IMG/VR virus record: IMGVR_UViG_3300046048_000227
Coordinates: 1-64,000 of that record
Reading direction: 5' to 3' (one strand)
Length of the DNA: 64,000 nucleotides
Source of the DNA: a virus
Shown here: piece by piece, positions 41,139 through 51,146 of the stretch
Layout of the letters: every line of letters begins with the position of its first letter
How positions within the stretch are numbered: the first letter of the stretch is position 1
The notes under the pieces: model-generated
The model's database searches: none
The model's input: only the letters and a program-made list of their open reading frames with translations
Told to the model about the DNA's origin: nothing
Made by a program: the position numbers and the translations under genes

Positions 41139-42035
41139 ATGGCAACCAGATTCTATTTACCTTTAAGCGGAACAGCGGCAGTATCTCCATCTTATAGCAA
41201 TCAAGCTTGGGGAGATACAACTATTGCTGCGCGACATGCGGCGGTAACTACTAGAATTAACTCTACTATGACCGACGTAGAGTTTCCAGATGATGGGGAC
41301 GATACCGATAAGGATATTCTGGTTAGACAACACGTATCTGACCCAATAGCCGCTCAAACTATTTCTGCACAAACTATAAAATTCCAAATACGGGGAGCGG
41401 AACCGTTTTCTGTAAATAATTTGTACACCTCTATTGCCATATATGTTGTTTCAAATGATGGCTCTACTGTTCGTGGTGTTATTTTATCTCTATCTAGAGA
41501 CACCAGTGAGCTTGCTTTATACTTAGAAAACAGGCAATTCTCAGCAACATCCTCTCAAGTAGTAGCACAATCTGGTGATCGCATAATAATTGAAACAGGT
41601 TTTGGTGGTAATCCCAATAATAACCAAGACCATGCTGGTACTCTCAGCTACGGTGATGATAGCACTACTGACCTAGGAGAAAACAATACTGATACTGCCG
41701 CTTACAATCCTTGGGTTGAGTTTGCTAACACTCTGGACTTTGTTGGTACTGCTACATTTGCCTTTCCTGAAGTGGATGGATTTGTGACGATAAACTGGAA
41801 TAAGACTTCTCTTCTGCTAAATAGCATTAACTGGGACGTGAACAGTACTGGGTCTCTCAAGATATTGATGGAAAATGCTGGCACTCCAATTATCGACCTG
41901 GACATTACGTGCCCTAATACCGACAGCGAGGCTATACCTGGAACTTATAATCTAGAAAACTATAACGACCCCGATAAAGGGGAACGGTTGAGATGGCCTA
42001 CTGACCTTGTCTTCCTCGTGAGTATGCAATCATGA
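41139..42035 (+). CDS. Putative virion structural protein
   Basis: T/S/D-rich, beta-type composition, within structural module. Confidence 0.65.
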   Translation: MATRFYLPLSGTAAVSPSYSNQAWGDTTIAARHAAVTTRINSTMTDVEFPDDGDDTDKDILVRQHVSDPIAAQTISAQTIKFQIRGAEPFSVNNLYTSIAIYVVSNDGSTVRGVILSLSRDTSELALYLENRQFSATSSQVVAQSGDRIIIETGFGGNPNNNQDHAGTLSYGDDSTTDLGENNTDTAAYNPWVEFANTLDFVGTATFAFPEVDGFVTINWNKTSLLLNSINWDVNSTGSLKILMENAGTPIIDLDITCPNTDSEAIPGTYNLENYNDPDKGERLRWPTDLVFLVSMQS

Positions 42036-44347
42036 CAATAGAGAACGGATACTTTATATACAGTGAGAACGACACTACTCACGATTTAACTGTCACAGTC
42101 TCAAGTAATAGCGACAGGATATTGGATATTCAGATCATTGTATACGGTGGGGATTATTTATCTAGTGTTGTGCTAGACCCAGGTGGAAATGACGAGGTTG
42201 CACTAGAGTTGCAATCTGGTAATGATGGTGTGGCTTTCTACGGGTCTACCTACTATATAATTAATGCAACTCCTGGAGCAGGTCAAACGCTTAGAGTAAT
42301 AACATCTTCTTCCTGTGATGTGCTTATCTCTGTGCTAGATTTGTCCAACATGGACACAACCGCTATTGAAAATGGCTATGCTGTTGGAACTGGCACTACC
42401 AATGCTCCAACAGTATCATTTTCTACTACCGAAGATGGCGGTCATGTTCATAGTGCGTTTATATCTCAAGCAAATTCCGGTGCAGGAGTAGGAACGTGGA
42501 GCGGGGTAACTGGGCAAACAACCTTAGATGCAACCGACCAAGGACTCGACCAAACAGGTAGTGCCTATGCTACGCAAACCAGTGCGGGTACTATCACTAT
42601 GAACTACTCAACAACACAAACTGATAACTGGTTGTGTATCGGCACAGCATGGGCAGTTTCATCTGGGCCGGCAGTAGTAACAGGAACAGCTACTTTATCT
42701 GGTACAGGTACATTAACTGCTGCTGGAGATCGAGTACCTATTGTATCTACTGGTTCCGCTACACTAACAGGAACAGGTACGTTAACTGCTTCTGGCGATA
42801 GAGTAATAGTTATTTACACTGGCTCTGTTACAATGAGTGGTATTGGAGCATTAAACGCCACAGCAATAGCCATAAACACAGGATCAGCTACTTTAGCTGG
42901 TACTGGCACATTAGCTGGTATAGGTATAGCATTAAGCTTTGGTACAGCTACGCTTACTGGAACAGGTACATTAACAGCGGCTGGTGAAGCAATATCTGCT
43001 GTAATTACTGGCTCCGTAACCATGGCTGGAACTGGCACTCTAGCTAGCGCAGGCGTGCAGCTAACTACCGAAGTAGTCATTGGCGAAAACAATAATGGTT
43101 ATATCTCTGCTTTGCCTGGAGAGTATGGTAGAGCTATAAGTAGTATGGCAGACACACAAGATGTAATGCTAACCTACTCTCTACAATTCTCAGATACTGG
43201 TGGTTCTTTCTTGCATAGAACGTTCTTAAGGGCTTCTGGAGACTGGGCAGCGGCAACATTGCCTACTACTGGTGTAGAATTTGAGATCGACAACGTTAAC
43301 GGTACCGTAGATATCTATAATATAACTACTGGTTCTAGATCAGCGTCACAAGCCAACGGTACCTACACAAATGATACTGTTCTTAAACAAGTTAAGATAG
43401 AAGTAGCTGGTACTACTGCTAGAATAAAAATTTGGAATGACGGTAGCGCAGAACCTGGAACTTGGGCTGCTACATGGTCTTCAGCACCACAAAACTCTGG
43501 TACTTTACAGCTTGGGCTATGGTCTACCACAGACTGGCACAAAATAACTATAGACGATGTACTAGCCACGTATCCAGCAGTTACTGGTTCAGTAACCATG
43601 GCCGGTACTGGTGCCTTGACTGCCTCAGCTATAGGAATTTCAAGCAGCACAGCTACGTTAGCTGGACAAGGAACATTGACAGCAACAGCGATAGCTGTAA
43701 GTAATGGTACTGTCACTTTATCTGGTACAGGCACGATTATAGCCGCTGGTTCTGTAATTGGTATCTTGCTAGGAACTGCTACACTGTCAGGAACTGGCAC
43801 GCTAACTGGTACTGGTATTGCTTTAAGCTCTGGAACCGTAACATTAACAGGTACTGGTACTCTTACAGCAGCAGGAGATATAGCTACTGCCATAGAAACA
43901 GGTTCAGCTACATTGTCTGGTACTGGTGTATTAACTGGTATTGGTATAGCCATAAGCAATGGTACAATTACTATGTCTGGAGCGGGTACTTTAACAGCTT
44001 CAGGAATAGGTATTGCTAATGGCACAGCTACGCTAACAGGTACAGGTACTTTAACTGCTTACGGAACTGTTCCTGCTGGAATAGAGACTGGTAGTGCTAC
44101 TCTTGTAGGTACTGGGGCACTAACAGGAATAGGTATTGCTATCTCCTTTGGTACAGCTACCTTAACTGGTGCAGGTACTTTAACAACAAGCAGCTTGGCT
44201 ATAACTACAGGAGCAAGCACATTAACAGGAGTAGGCACACTTACAGCAACAGGGCAGGGAGCTTATCCGTTCCCATTCTTTGATGATTTTACTGGCGTAA
44301 CAGGCGATCCACTAGACAGCACTAAGTGGACACAGGCGGTAACATAA
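42032..44347 (+). CDS. Thr/Gly/Ala-repeat fibre-like protein with one ConA/LamG-like domain
   Basis: ~21-24-aa GTATLSGTGTLTA repeats; domain at ~43060-43575. Confidence 0.8.
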   Translation: MTIENGYFIYSENDTTHDLTVTVSSNSDRILDIQIIVYGGDYLSSVVLDPGGNDEVALELQSGNDGVAFYGSTYYIINATPGAGQTLRVITSSSCDVLISVLDLSNMDTTAIENGYAVGTGTTNAPTVSFSTTEDGGHVHSAFISQANSGAGVGTWSGVTGQTTLDATDQGLDQTGSAYATQTSAGTITMNYSTTQTDNWLCIGTAWAVSSGPAVVTGTATLSGTGTLTAAGDRVPIVSTGSATLTGTGTLTASGDRVIVIYTGSVTMSGIGALNATAIAINTGSATLAGTGTLAGIGIALSFGTATLTGTGTLTAAGEAISAVITGSVTMAGTGTLASAGVQLTTEVVIGENNNGYISALPGEYGRAISSMADTQDVMLTYSLQFSDTGGSFLHRTFLRASGDWAAATLPTTGVEFEIDNVNGTVDIYNITTGSRSASQANGTYTNDTVLKQVKIEVAGTTARIKIWNDGSAEPGTWAATWSSAPQNSGTLQLGLWSTTDWHKITIDDVLATYPAVTGSVTMAGTGALTASAIGISSSTATLAGQGTLTATAIAVSNGTVTLSGTGTIIAAGSVIGILLGTATLSGTGTLTGTGIALSSGTVTLTGTGTLTAAGDIATAIETGSATLSGTGVLTGIGIAISNGTITMSGAGTLTASGIGIANGTATLTGTGTLTAYGTVPAGIETGSATLVGTGALTGIGIAISFGTATLTGAGTLTTSSLAITTGASTLTGVGTLTATGQGAYPFPFFDDFTGVTGDPLDSTKWTQAVT

Positions 44348-47300
44348 TGGCACAATTTGGTCGTCCAGATGCAGACATTACCACAACTAACTGGGGAATA
44401 ACTCCTTTATTTTCAAAAATAAATGAAGTAAGTCCTTCAGAGCTTGATTACATCACTGCGGTAGCTAACGCAACAGCAACCGCAGAAGTTGGCTTACCTG
44501 ATCTGGACGACCCTACTTCTTCTAGCTTACATACAATTAGATTTAGAGCAAGAGCAGAGAAAACTAATAAGGCGGCACTGTTAACAACATCTTTGGTGCA
44601 AGGTACTACCATAATAGGATCGTTAGTACTGGACGCAGAAGTAGACATGACAACAAGCTTTGCGTCGTACTCCTTTACACTAACTAGCGGAGAAGCTGAC
44701 AACATAACAGACTATACAGACTTGCGCTTACGTTTTGAACAAACAACTGCTACAGCAGGTAACTTTGTGGAAGTTTCTTGGGCTGAGTTTGAGATACCAG
44801 ATGCCATTGTTATTCATACAGGCACAGTAACTATGTCTGGTACTGGTGCGTTATCTTCAGGCAGCACAGTAATACCAGGAACTACAAAGTCTGGATCAAC
44901 TACGTTAGTGGGTACTGGTGCACTGTCTGCTGCTGGCATACGAATAGGCACAGAAGCAGCAATTAATGCAAATGCGGGAAGGTTATTTGTCCTTACTGAT
45001 AGCAATTATGTACGTGCTAGAGCCTACGTAGAGACTACCCACAGTGACTACGAAGTAAACCACACTCTACAATTCTCTGATATTACTGGTGCTTACATAT
45101 ATAGGGTTTACGTGCGTGCTTCAGACGATTGGGCAGACAGTGATAAACCAACTACTGCTGTTGAGTTTGCTATAGACCCTGTAAACGGCACTATTAATAT
45201 ATATAACATTACAAGTGGTTCTCGTGGAGCATCACAAGACAGTGATACTTTTACAGCAAACACTAACTTAAAGAATTTACGCATCCAATGTGACGGTACT
45301 ACAGTACGGGCTAAAATTTGGGAAGGCTCAGAACCTGCAACTTGGAATGTATCTTGGTCTTCAGCACCAACTAACAACGGTGTTGTACAAATAGGTCTTT
45401 GGTCTACTACAGGACAGCACTATGTAGACTTAGATGATTTTGACGTTGACGATGTACAAGGAGCAGTGTCTGGTTCTGTCACAATGTCTGGCACAGGAAC
45501 ATTATCTGCTTCAGGAATAGCTATAAGTAGGGGAACTGCTACATTAACAGGCACTGGTGCGCTAACTACTGTTGGTTTGGCTATAAGCAATGGCACAGCT
45601 ACACTCTCTGGCACAGGCACATTAACTGCCGCAGGAGATAAGGTTGCAGTTATCTATACTGGCACAGTTACCATGTCTGGTTCTGGCGTGCTAACTAGTG
45701 TTGGTATAGCAATTAGTTCAGGCACTGTAACATTCTCAGGAACAGGCGCATTAACTGGTATAGGTATAGGAATTGCCTCATCAACAGCTACTTTGGCTGG
45801 TATAGGAACGCTGGCTAGCACAAGTCTGGCGATCTCAAACGGTACCGCAACTCTTAGTGGAGTAGGTACACTGTCTGCTGCTGGAGATGTAGCGTCTGTC
45901 ACTTCCTACGGCACTGTAACTATGTCAGGCACTGGTGCATTAAGTGCTTCAGCTATAGCTACCTCTTTTGGAACAGCCACACTAAGCGGGGCAGGAACGC
46001 TAGCTGCAATTGGTTTGGCTATTTCCTTGGGCACAGCTACACTTTCAGGCGTAGGTACATTGTCTGCACAAGGCACAGTAGGCGGAGTAGTAGAAGGCAC
46101 TGTAACTATGACAGGGACAGGAGCACTTTCTGCTTCAGCAATTGCTATCAGCAACGGAACTGCTACATTAGCTGGTATTGGCGCATTAGACGCCATAGGC
46201 ATAGCTATAGCTAACGGCACAGCTACGCTATCAGGTGCTGGTGCTTTAACTGCCTTTGCTACAACGTTTGCAGTAGGAAAAGCAACGCTATCAGGTACTG
46301 GAGCGTTATCTGCTACAGCTATAGCGATCTCCACAGGCACAGCTACACTAGTAGGAACTGGAACTCTATCCGCTAGTGGTACAGTAGGTGGAGTAATCTC
46401 TGGTACTGTTACCTTAGCTGGCACTGGAACTATAACAGCTTCAGCTATAGCTATAAGTTCAGGAACTGCTACCCTAAGTGGTACAGGTACGCTAACTGCT
46501 ACTGGAGATAGGGTAGCTGCTATACATACAGGCACTGTTACTATGTCGGGCACTGGTGCTCTGTCTACATTTGGACTCCAGCTAACTAACGAGATTATAA
46601 TTGACGGGAACAGGGCAAAGATCGCCGCTCTTGCTGGTCACTACGGAACACTGATCACTAAGATGGATGATCAAGAACAGGACTACGTAACTACGTATTT
46701 CCTACAATTCTCCGATACTGACGGTGCCTACGTTCACAGGCTATTTGTACGTGCCTCTGCTGATTGGGCAGCAAGTGACCGACCAACAACAGGTATTGAG
46801 TTTGAATTTGACAACACAGACGGTTCAATCACTATATATAATATTGTAGCTGGTGTTCGCTCTGCTTCTCAAGACACAGGCACATTCACAAATAACACTA
46901 ACCTGAAACGTGTTAAGATAGAGAATGACGGCACAACAGTTAGGGCTAAGATATGGGATGATGGCTCCGGCGAACCTGGAACATGGGATGTATCATGGTC
47001 TTCCGCTCCACAGAACGCAGGAGTAACACAAGCTGGTCTATGGTGCACAACTGGTTGGCACTCTATCCACCTAGACGACTTTAACGTATCTTACTTAGCA
47101 ATTACTGGCTCTGTTACTATGTCAGGGACTGGTACATTAACTGCCTCTGCTAGCACAGACGCTTACGCAACAGCTACATTAGCTGGAGTAGGTACACTAA
47201 ACGCAATAGGAATAGCTATTAGTAGTGGAACTGCTACACTAAGTGGCACTGGTACAATTACTGCTTCTTCTATAGCGATCTCTAACGGCACAGCCGCACT

Positions 47301-48579
47301 AACAGGTCTTGGTACCATAACAGCTTACGGTACTGTTGGTGGTATAGTTACTGGTTCAGCTACTTTAGCTGGTACGGGCGCACTAACAGCTACAGCAATT
47401 TCTATAACTAATGGAACCGCTACCATAACTGGTCAAGGAACTTTAACAGCCACAGGTGATGTAGTAGAAGTAGTTGTATACGGCACAGTAACAATGTCTG
47501 GGGCTGGAACACTAACTGCTACAAGCATAGCTATTTCCTTGGGCACAGCTACACTAAGCGGTGTAGGTATCCTTACAGCATATGGTACTGTTGGTGGGAT
47601 TGTTTCTGGTACCGTAACATTATCAGGAAATGGTGCGCTAACAGCTATAGCTATAGCTATCTCCACAGGTACAGCTACTATAGCAGGTACTGGCACATTA
47701 ACTGCACACGCCAACATAGATGCAGTAGCTAGTGCTACCCTAACAGGTGCTGGTAGTCTAACAGCACATGCCAACATAGATGCCCTAGGAAAAGCAACTT
47801 TGTCTGGTATTGGTGCTATATCTTGTTACGGAGAGATAGCTGGACAAGCGTGGGGTAGGGCCATACTGTCTGGAACAGGAAATATCACTGCTTCTGCTAA
47901 CATAGACGCAGTAGCTAGTGCCACACTTTCAGGTACTGGTACTTTGTCTGCCTCTGCTATAGCTATAAGCAGCGGAACAACCACACTAACTGGTAACGGT
48001 GCTTTAACGGCGACTGCAATAGCTATTTCCAGCAGCACAGCCACGTTATCAGGTGTTGGTACACTTACTGCTAGTGGTACAAACTTCTCCATACTGTACG
48101 GTACTACTACATTCATAGGAACTGGATTACTTACTGCTGTTGGCATAGCAATAAGCAGTAGTTCAGCAATATTAACTGGTACTGGTACACTTACTGCCTC
48201 TGGTATAGCTCTGTCCTATGGTACTGCTACACTTGTTGGTGCTGGCGATCTAACAACTTCTAGCATAGCTATATCCTACGGCACTGCTGTACTAACAGGA
48301 TTAGGGACTATTACAGCACACGCCACACTAAAAATGTGGGGTACTGCTACACTTTACGGTATTGGTAATCTGTATGTAACCATTACAGAATTTATGTCAA
48401 TACCTATCTACGCAGACGCCATAGTAAGCAACTTAATTAATAGATCAGCTAGGTTAAATTCCTTTATTGATGCTGACGCTGAAATGTCTGATGTAATTAA
48501 CGTAGATAACGTTAAGGTTAACGATACGATTGTAGTAGATGCAGAGATCATGGAAGAAGACAAAGACATTTACTTCTAA
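44347..48579 (+). CDS. Very long (~1410 aa) Thr/Gly/Ala-repeat fibre-like protein with two ConA/LamG-like domains
   Basis: Dozens of repeats; domains at ~44950-45455 and ~46580-47097; TAATG coupling. Confidence 0.8.
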   Translation: MAQFGRPDADITTTNWGITPLFSKINEVSPSELDYITAVANATATAEVGLPDLDDPTSSSLHTIRFRARAEKTNKAALLTTSLVQGTTIIGSLVLDAEVDMTTSFASYSFTLTSGEADNITDYTDLRLRFEQTTATAGNFVEVSWAEFEIPDAIVIHTGTVTMSGTGALSSGSTVIPGTTKSGSTTLVGTGALSAAGIRIGTEAAINANAGRLFVLTDSNYVRARAYVETTHSDYEVNHTLQFSDITGAYIYRVYVRASDDWADSDKPTTAVEFAIDPVNGTINIYNITSGSRGASQDSDTFTANTNLKNLRIQCDGTTVRAKIWEGSEPATWNVSWSSAPTNNGVVQIGLWSTTGQHYVDLDDFDVDDVQGAVSGSVTMSGTGTLSASGIAISRGTATLTGTGALTTVGLAISNGTATLSGTGTLTAAGDKVAVIYTGTVTMSGSGVLTSVGIAISSGTVTFSGTGALTGIGIGIASSTATLAGIGTLASTSLAISNGTATLSGVGTLSAAGDVASVTSYGTVTMSGTGALSASAIATSFGTATLSGAGTLAAIGLAISLGTATLSGVGTLSAQGTVGGVVEGTVTMTGTGALSASAIAISNGTATLAGIGALDAIGIAIANGTATLSGAGALTAFATTFAVGKATLSGTGALSATAIAISTGTATLVGTGTLSASGTVGGVISGTVTLAGTGTITASAIAISSGTATLSGTGTLTATGDRVAAIHTGTVTMSGTGALSTFGLQLTNEIIIDGNRAKIAALAGHYGTLITKMDDQEQDYVTTYFLQFSDTDGAYVHRLFVRASADWAASDRPTTGIEFEFDNTDGSITIYNIVAGVRSASQDTGTFTNNTNLKRVKIENDGTTVRAKIWDDGSGEPGTWDVSWSSAPQNAGVTQAGLWCTTGWHSIHLDDFNVSYLAITGSVTMSGTGTLTASASTDAYATATLAGVGTLNAIGIAISSGTATLSGTGTITASSIAISNGTAALTGLGTITAYGTVGGIVTGSATLAGTGALTATAISITNGTATITGQGTLTATGDVVEVVVYGTVTMSGAGTLTATSIAISLGTATLSGVGILTAYGTVGGIVSGTVTLSGNGALTAIAIAISTGTATIAGTGTLTAHANIDAVASATLTGAGSLTAHANIDALGKATLSGIGAISCYGEIAGQAWGRAILSGTGNITASANIDAVASATLSGTGTLSASAIAISSGTTTLTGNGALTATAIAISSSTATLSGVGTLTASGTNFSILYGTTTFIGTGLLTAVGIAISSSSAILTGTGTLTASGIALSYGTATLVGAGDLTTSSIAISYGTAVLTGLGTITAHATLKMWGTATLYGIGNLYVTITEFMSIPIYADAIVSNLINRSARLNSFIDADAEMSDVINVDNVKVNDTIVVDAEIMEEDKDIYF

Positions 48580-48588
48580 AGGTGACAT

Positions 48589-48915
48589 ATGGTAGATAAA
48601 AGATCACAAGTACATGTAGGGGATGTAGGAAATGTTATATACCTTACAGTAAGGAATAGAGAAACTAAAGCAGCAATTGATATTTCTCAAGCTACACTTA
48701 TGGAAATTAATTTCTGGCTGCCTGGAGAAACATCTGCTATTAAGAAAACTGGTTCGTTTTATACAGACGGTTCTGACGGAGTAGTACAATATGCCATTGA
48801 AGCAGACATAACTCCTACTGCTGGTGTAATAGACTATGAACTTGAATTAACGCTTCCTAATAGGTTCTGGACTAGTGACCCTATACAATTATACGTAAAA
48901 GAAAATTTGTCATAA
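48589..48915 (+). CDS. BppU-like Ig-fold adaptor protein
   Basis: GD....L.V, IDIS.AT, DG.DG.VQY, G...YE. Confidence 0.6.
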   Translation: MVDKRSQVHVGDVGNVIYLTVRNRETKAAIDISQATLMEINFWLPGETSAIKKTGSFYTDGSDGVVQYAIEADITPTAGVIDYELELTLPNRFWTSDPIQLYVKENLS

Positions 48916-48945
48916 TTTAAAAAATGTGGTATAATAAGTAATCAA

Positions 48946-49018
48946 GCGTTTATAGTGTTTAACGGTAGCATAACTGGCTTCCAACCAGCAGGTGAGAGTT
49001 CGACTCTCTCTAGACGCT
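48946..49018 (+). tRNA. trnG: tRNA-Gly(TCC)
   Basis: loop CT-TCC-AA, U73; TGTGGTATAAT upstream. Confidence 0.9.
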
Positions 49019-49030
49019 CAGGAGAAAAGT

Positions 49031-49249
49031 ATGGCATTATACGAATATGAGTGTGAAACATGTGGGAACATAGATACTTTGTTTGTTCTATCAGAAGATC
49101 GTGATAACCCGCCACAAAAATGTCCTGTTTGTGGAGAAAGGGAGTATAGAAGGTTCTTTGCTACACCAAGTATAAAAATAAAAAACCCTGTTGTCCAAAC
49201 AGGCAACTCTTCTGACGCTGTTATAAAAGAAAGAAGGAATGTTGAGTAA
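49031..49249 (+). CDS. FmdB-family zinc-ribbon protein
   Basis: M.LYEYEC..CG...CPVCG. Confidence 0.8.
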   Translation: MALYEYECETCGNIDTLFVLSEDRDNPPQKCPVCGEREYRRFFATPSIKIKNPVVQTGNSSDAVIKERRNVE

Positions 49250-49323
49250 GGAGGCGTAGTTTAACTGGTCAAAATATTTGGCTTACATCCAAGAGATGGG
49301 GTTCGAGTCCTCCGCCTCTACCA
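49250..49323 (+). tRNA. trnV: tRNA-Val(TAC) with encoded CCA; T stem apparently 4 bp
   Basis: loop CT-TAC-AT, A73. Confidence 0.85.
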
Positions 49324-50669
49324 GAATACCCCTCCAGTCCACGGACATTAACCAGGAGGGGTTTATTTCAAAAATAGGGCATCTATACACCCTAGAAAAA
49401 TAATTCAACCACGAGGCTAAAAATGGCTGCTACGATGAAGTCCGCAATTAGGCTGCTAACCACAAACCATAACGAGTTGGGATCATGGAAAGCAGTATCA
49501 GAAGAAATATACAATGGAAAGATACCACCAGGAACACTCTCTTCAATAGCTAAAGGAAGGGAGCCAAAGAATGAGCTACATAGAGAATTACTTGGTTTAC
49601 CTGCTGCCTGTATAGCCTGCGGTAAAAAGAAAAAGAAGCTTACATTTAACAAATGGAGAGACCTACCAACTGCCTTGCTAAAGAAGGCTATAGAGAACAG
49701 GGGCTAGTCAAACAGAACCTAATGTGGTATAATGGTTTTACAGCCGTTGTACCACTTTTTATTTATGAGGTAGCTATGACCAATATGTACGCTTTGACAT
49801 ATACACATTCTATAAGTAAAGATAGGGAAAGACTTAAAGTGTTTACTGTAGTTAAGATATCCCCAAATCAGAGGGAAGGAAATACTGTTTGGGATTTCTT
49901 CCCTCCAACATTTGAAGGGCATACTTTGTACAACGTAATGTCAGGTAGCATGGGATACACCTTAATTTTAGACGGTACAGCTTTAAGGGAGCCTACTATG
50001 GAGGAAAGAGCCAATGCCACCAGCGTCCAATCCCTTTAATTCCCGCTACTACCTAGTCTTAGAGCTTCCGTTTGATAAGCTACTAGTATTTAAAAAGATT
50101 TTCTCCAGCCTAGATGACGCTGAAGAAGTTCTTGACGAGCTACCCTGGTTCTCTTTATGGGATCAACAAAAGTATGAAAACTGTAGTAGCCAAAAAATAC
50201 TAATACCACTTAAAAATATGGACAGTAAGGCAAATGAGTATAAAATTGCAGTAAACTTTACTGTAGCAGTACAAGCTAGAGACCCTTATACAGCACACAG
50301 AACAGTACGTAACACACTAAAGAAACAACTAGACGCTAAAGACGTAACAACCTATATAGAAAAAACAGAGGAGTTACTATAATGCCAGCCGTTGGATTTG
50401 TTTTGGTGTCAAGTCTAAACTTAGACAAAAGGATTACTGAACAAGTAAAGAGATGCGAAAGCTACTACGGGTTCACACCAAAATTTATGCTTTACTCACC
50501 AAATCTACAAAATCAATTGCCAACAGTAGTGGGGATCAGGAGATATGTAGACAGTGACCTATCACCTTCTATGATAGTCTTATCAGATTCTAAAAATTTC
50601 TAAATTGCCCTAGCCAAACGCCTAAAAGTGTGGTAAAATAGGGGTACCTTAGTTACGGAGAAAACCTCT

Positions 50670-51146
50670 ATGAAGTGCCCACACTGCGGAAAAGATATAT
50701 GTAAACTCAATTACAAAGAGTGTATTGAGTGTGGTAAAACTATTGTTGAGTTTGAAGGTTACTACTTCAAATCCTCTCCAATAATTGCAATCCTTGAACA
50801 CTTTGAAAAATTAGTATCTAGGCACTTAAGTAAAGAAACCAACGAAAAAATAATCTTTAGAGTTAAAAGAAAAGGTCTCATGTGGCGGTATGAATGTGCT
50901 AGGGCTAAGCAACTGTTAGCAGAAGCAGACTACGATCTTGACCTACTACTTGAAACACTAACTTATTTGTCTGAAAGCAATAAATATTCCTGGAGATTTA
51001 AAGATACCCTTGGTGCCGTCCTGCCTATGATAAATGCAGGCATATCTATTATCAAATCCAAACGGGATAGAGAGGCACTGAAAGAAGAGAAGGCTAAAGT
51101 ATTTGACAGCTACCTAGATGAGAGAGGCGATATATTAAATGTTTGA
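50670..51146 (+). CDS. Hypothetical protein with N-terminal Cys motifs, coupled to the polymerase gene
   Basis: CPHC...CIEC; overlaps polA start; TGTGGTAAAAT upstream. Confidence 0.7.
   Translation: MKCPHCGKDICKLNYKECIECGKTIVEFEGYYFKSSPIIAILEHFEKLVSRHLSKETNEKIIFRVKRKGLMWRYECARAKQLLAEADYDLDLLLETLTYLSESNKYSWRFKDTLGAVLPMINAGISIIKSKRDREALKEEKAKVFDSYLDERGDILNV

Noticed and set aside
42814-48146. Minus-strand Val/Pro/Ala-rich ORFs
   Set aside because: Antisense shadows of the Thr/Gly/Ala repeat genes.
19913-49323. Stop-codon recoding or suppressor tRNAs
   Set aside because: No CTA, TTA or TCA anticodon found; conserved genes are full length in code 11 and use all three stops.
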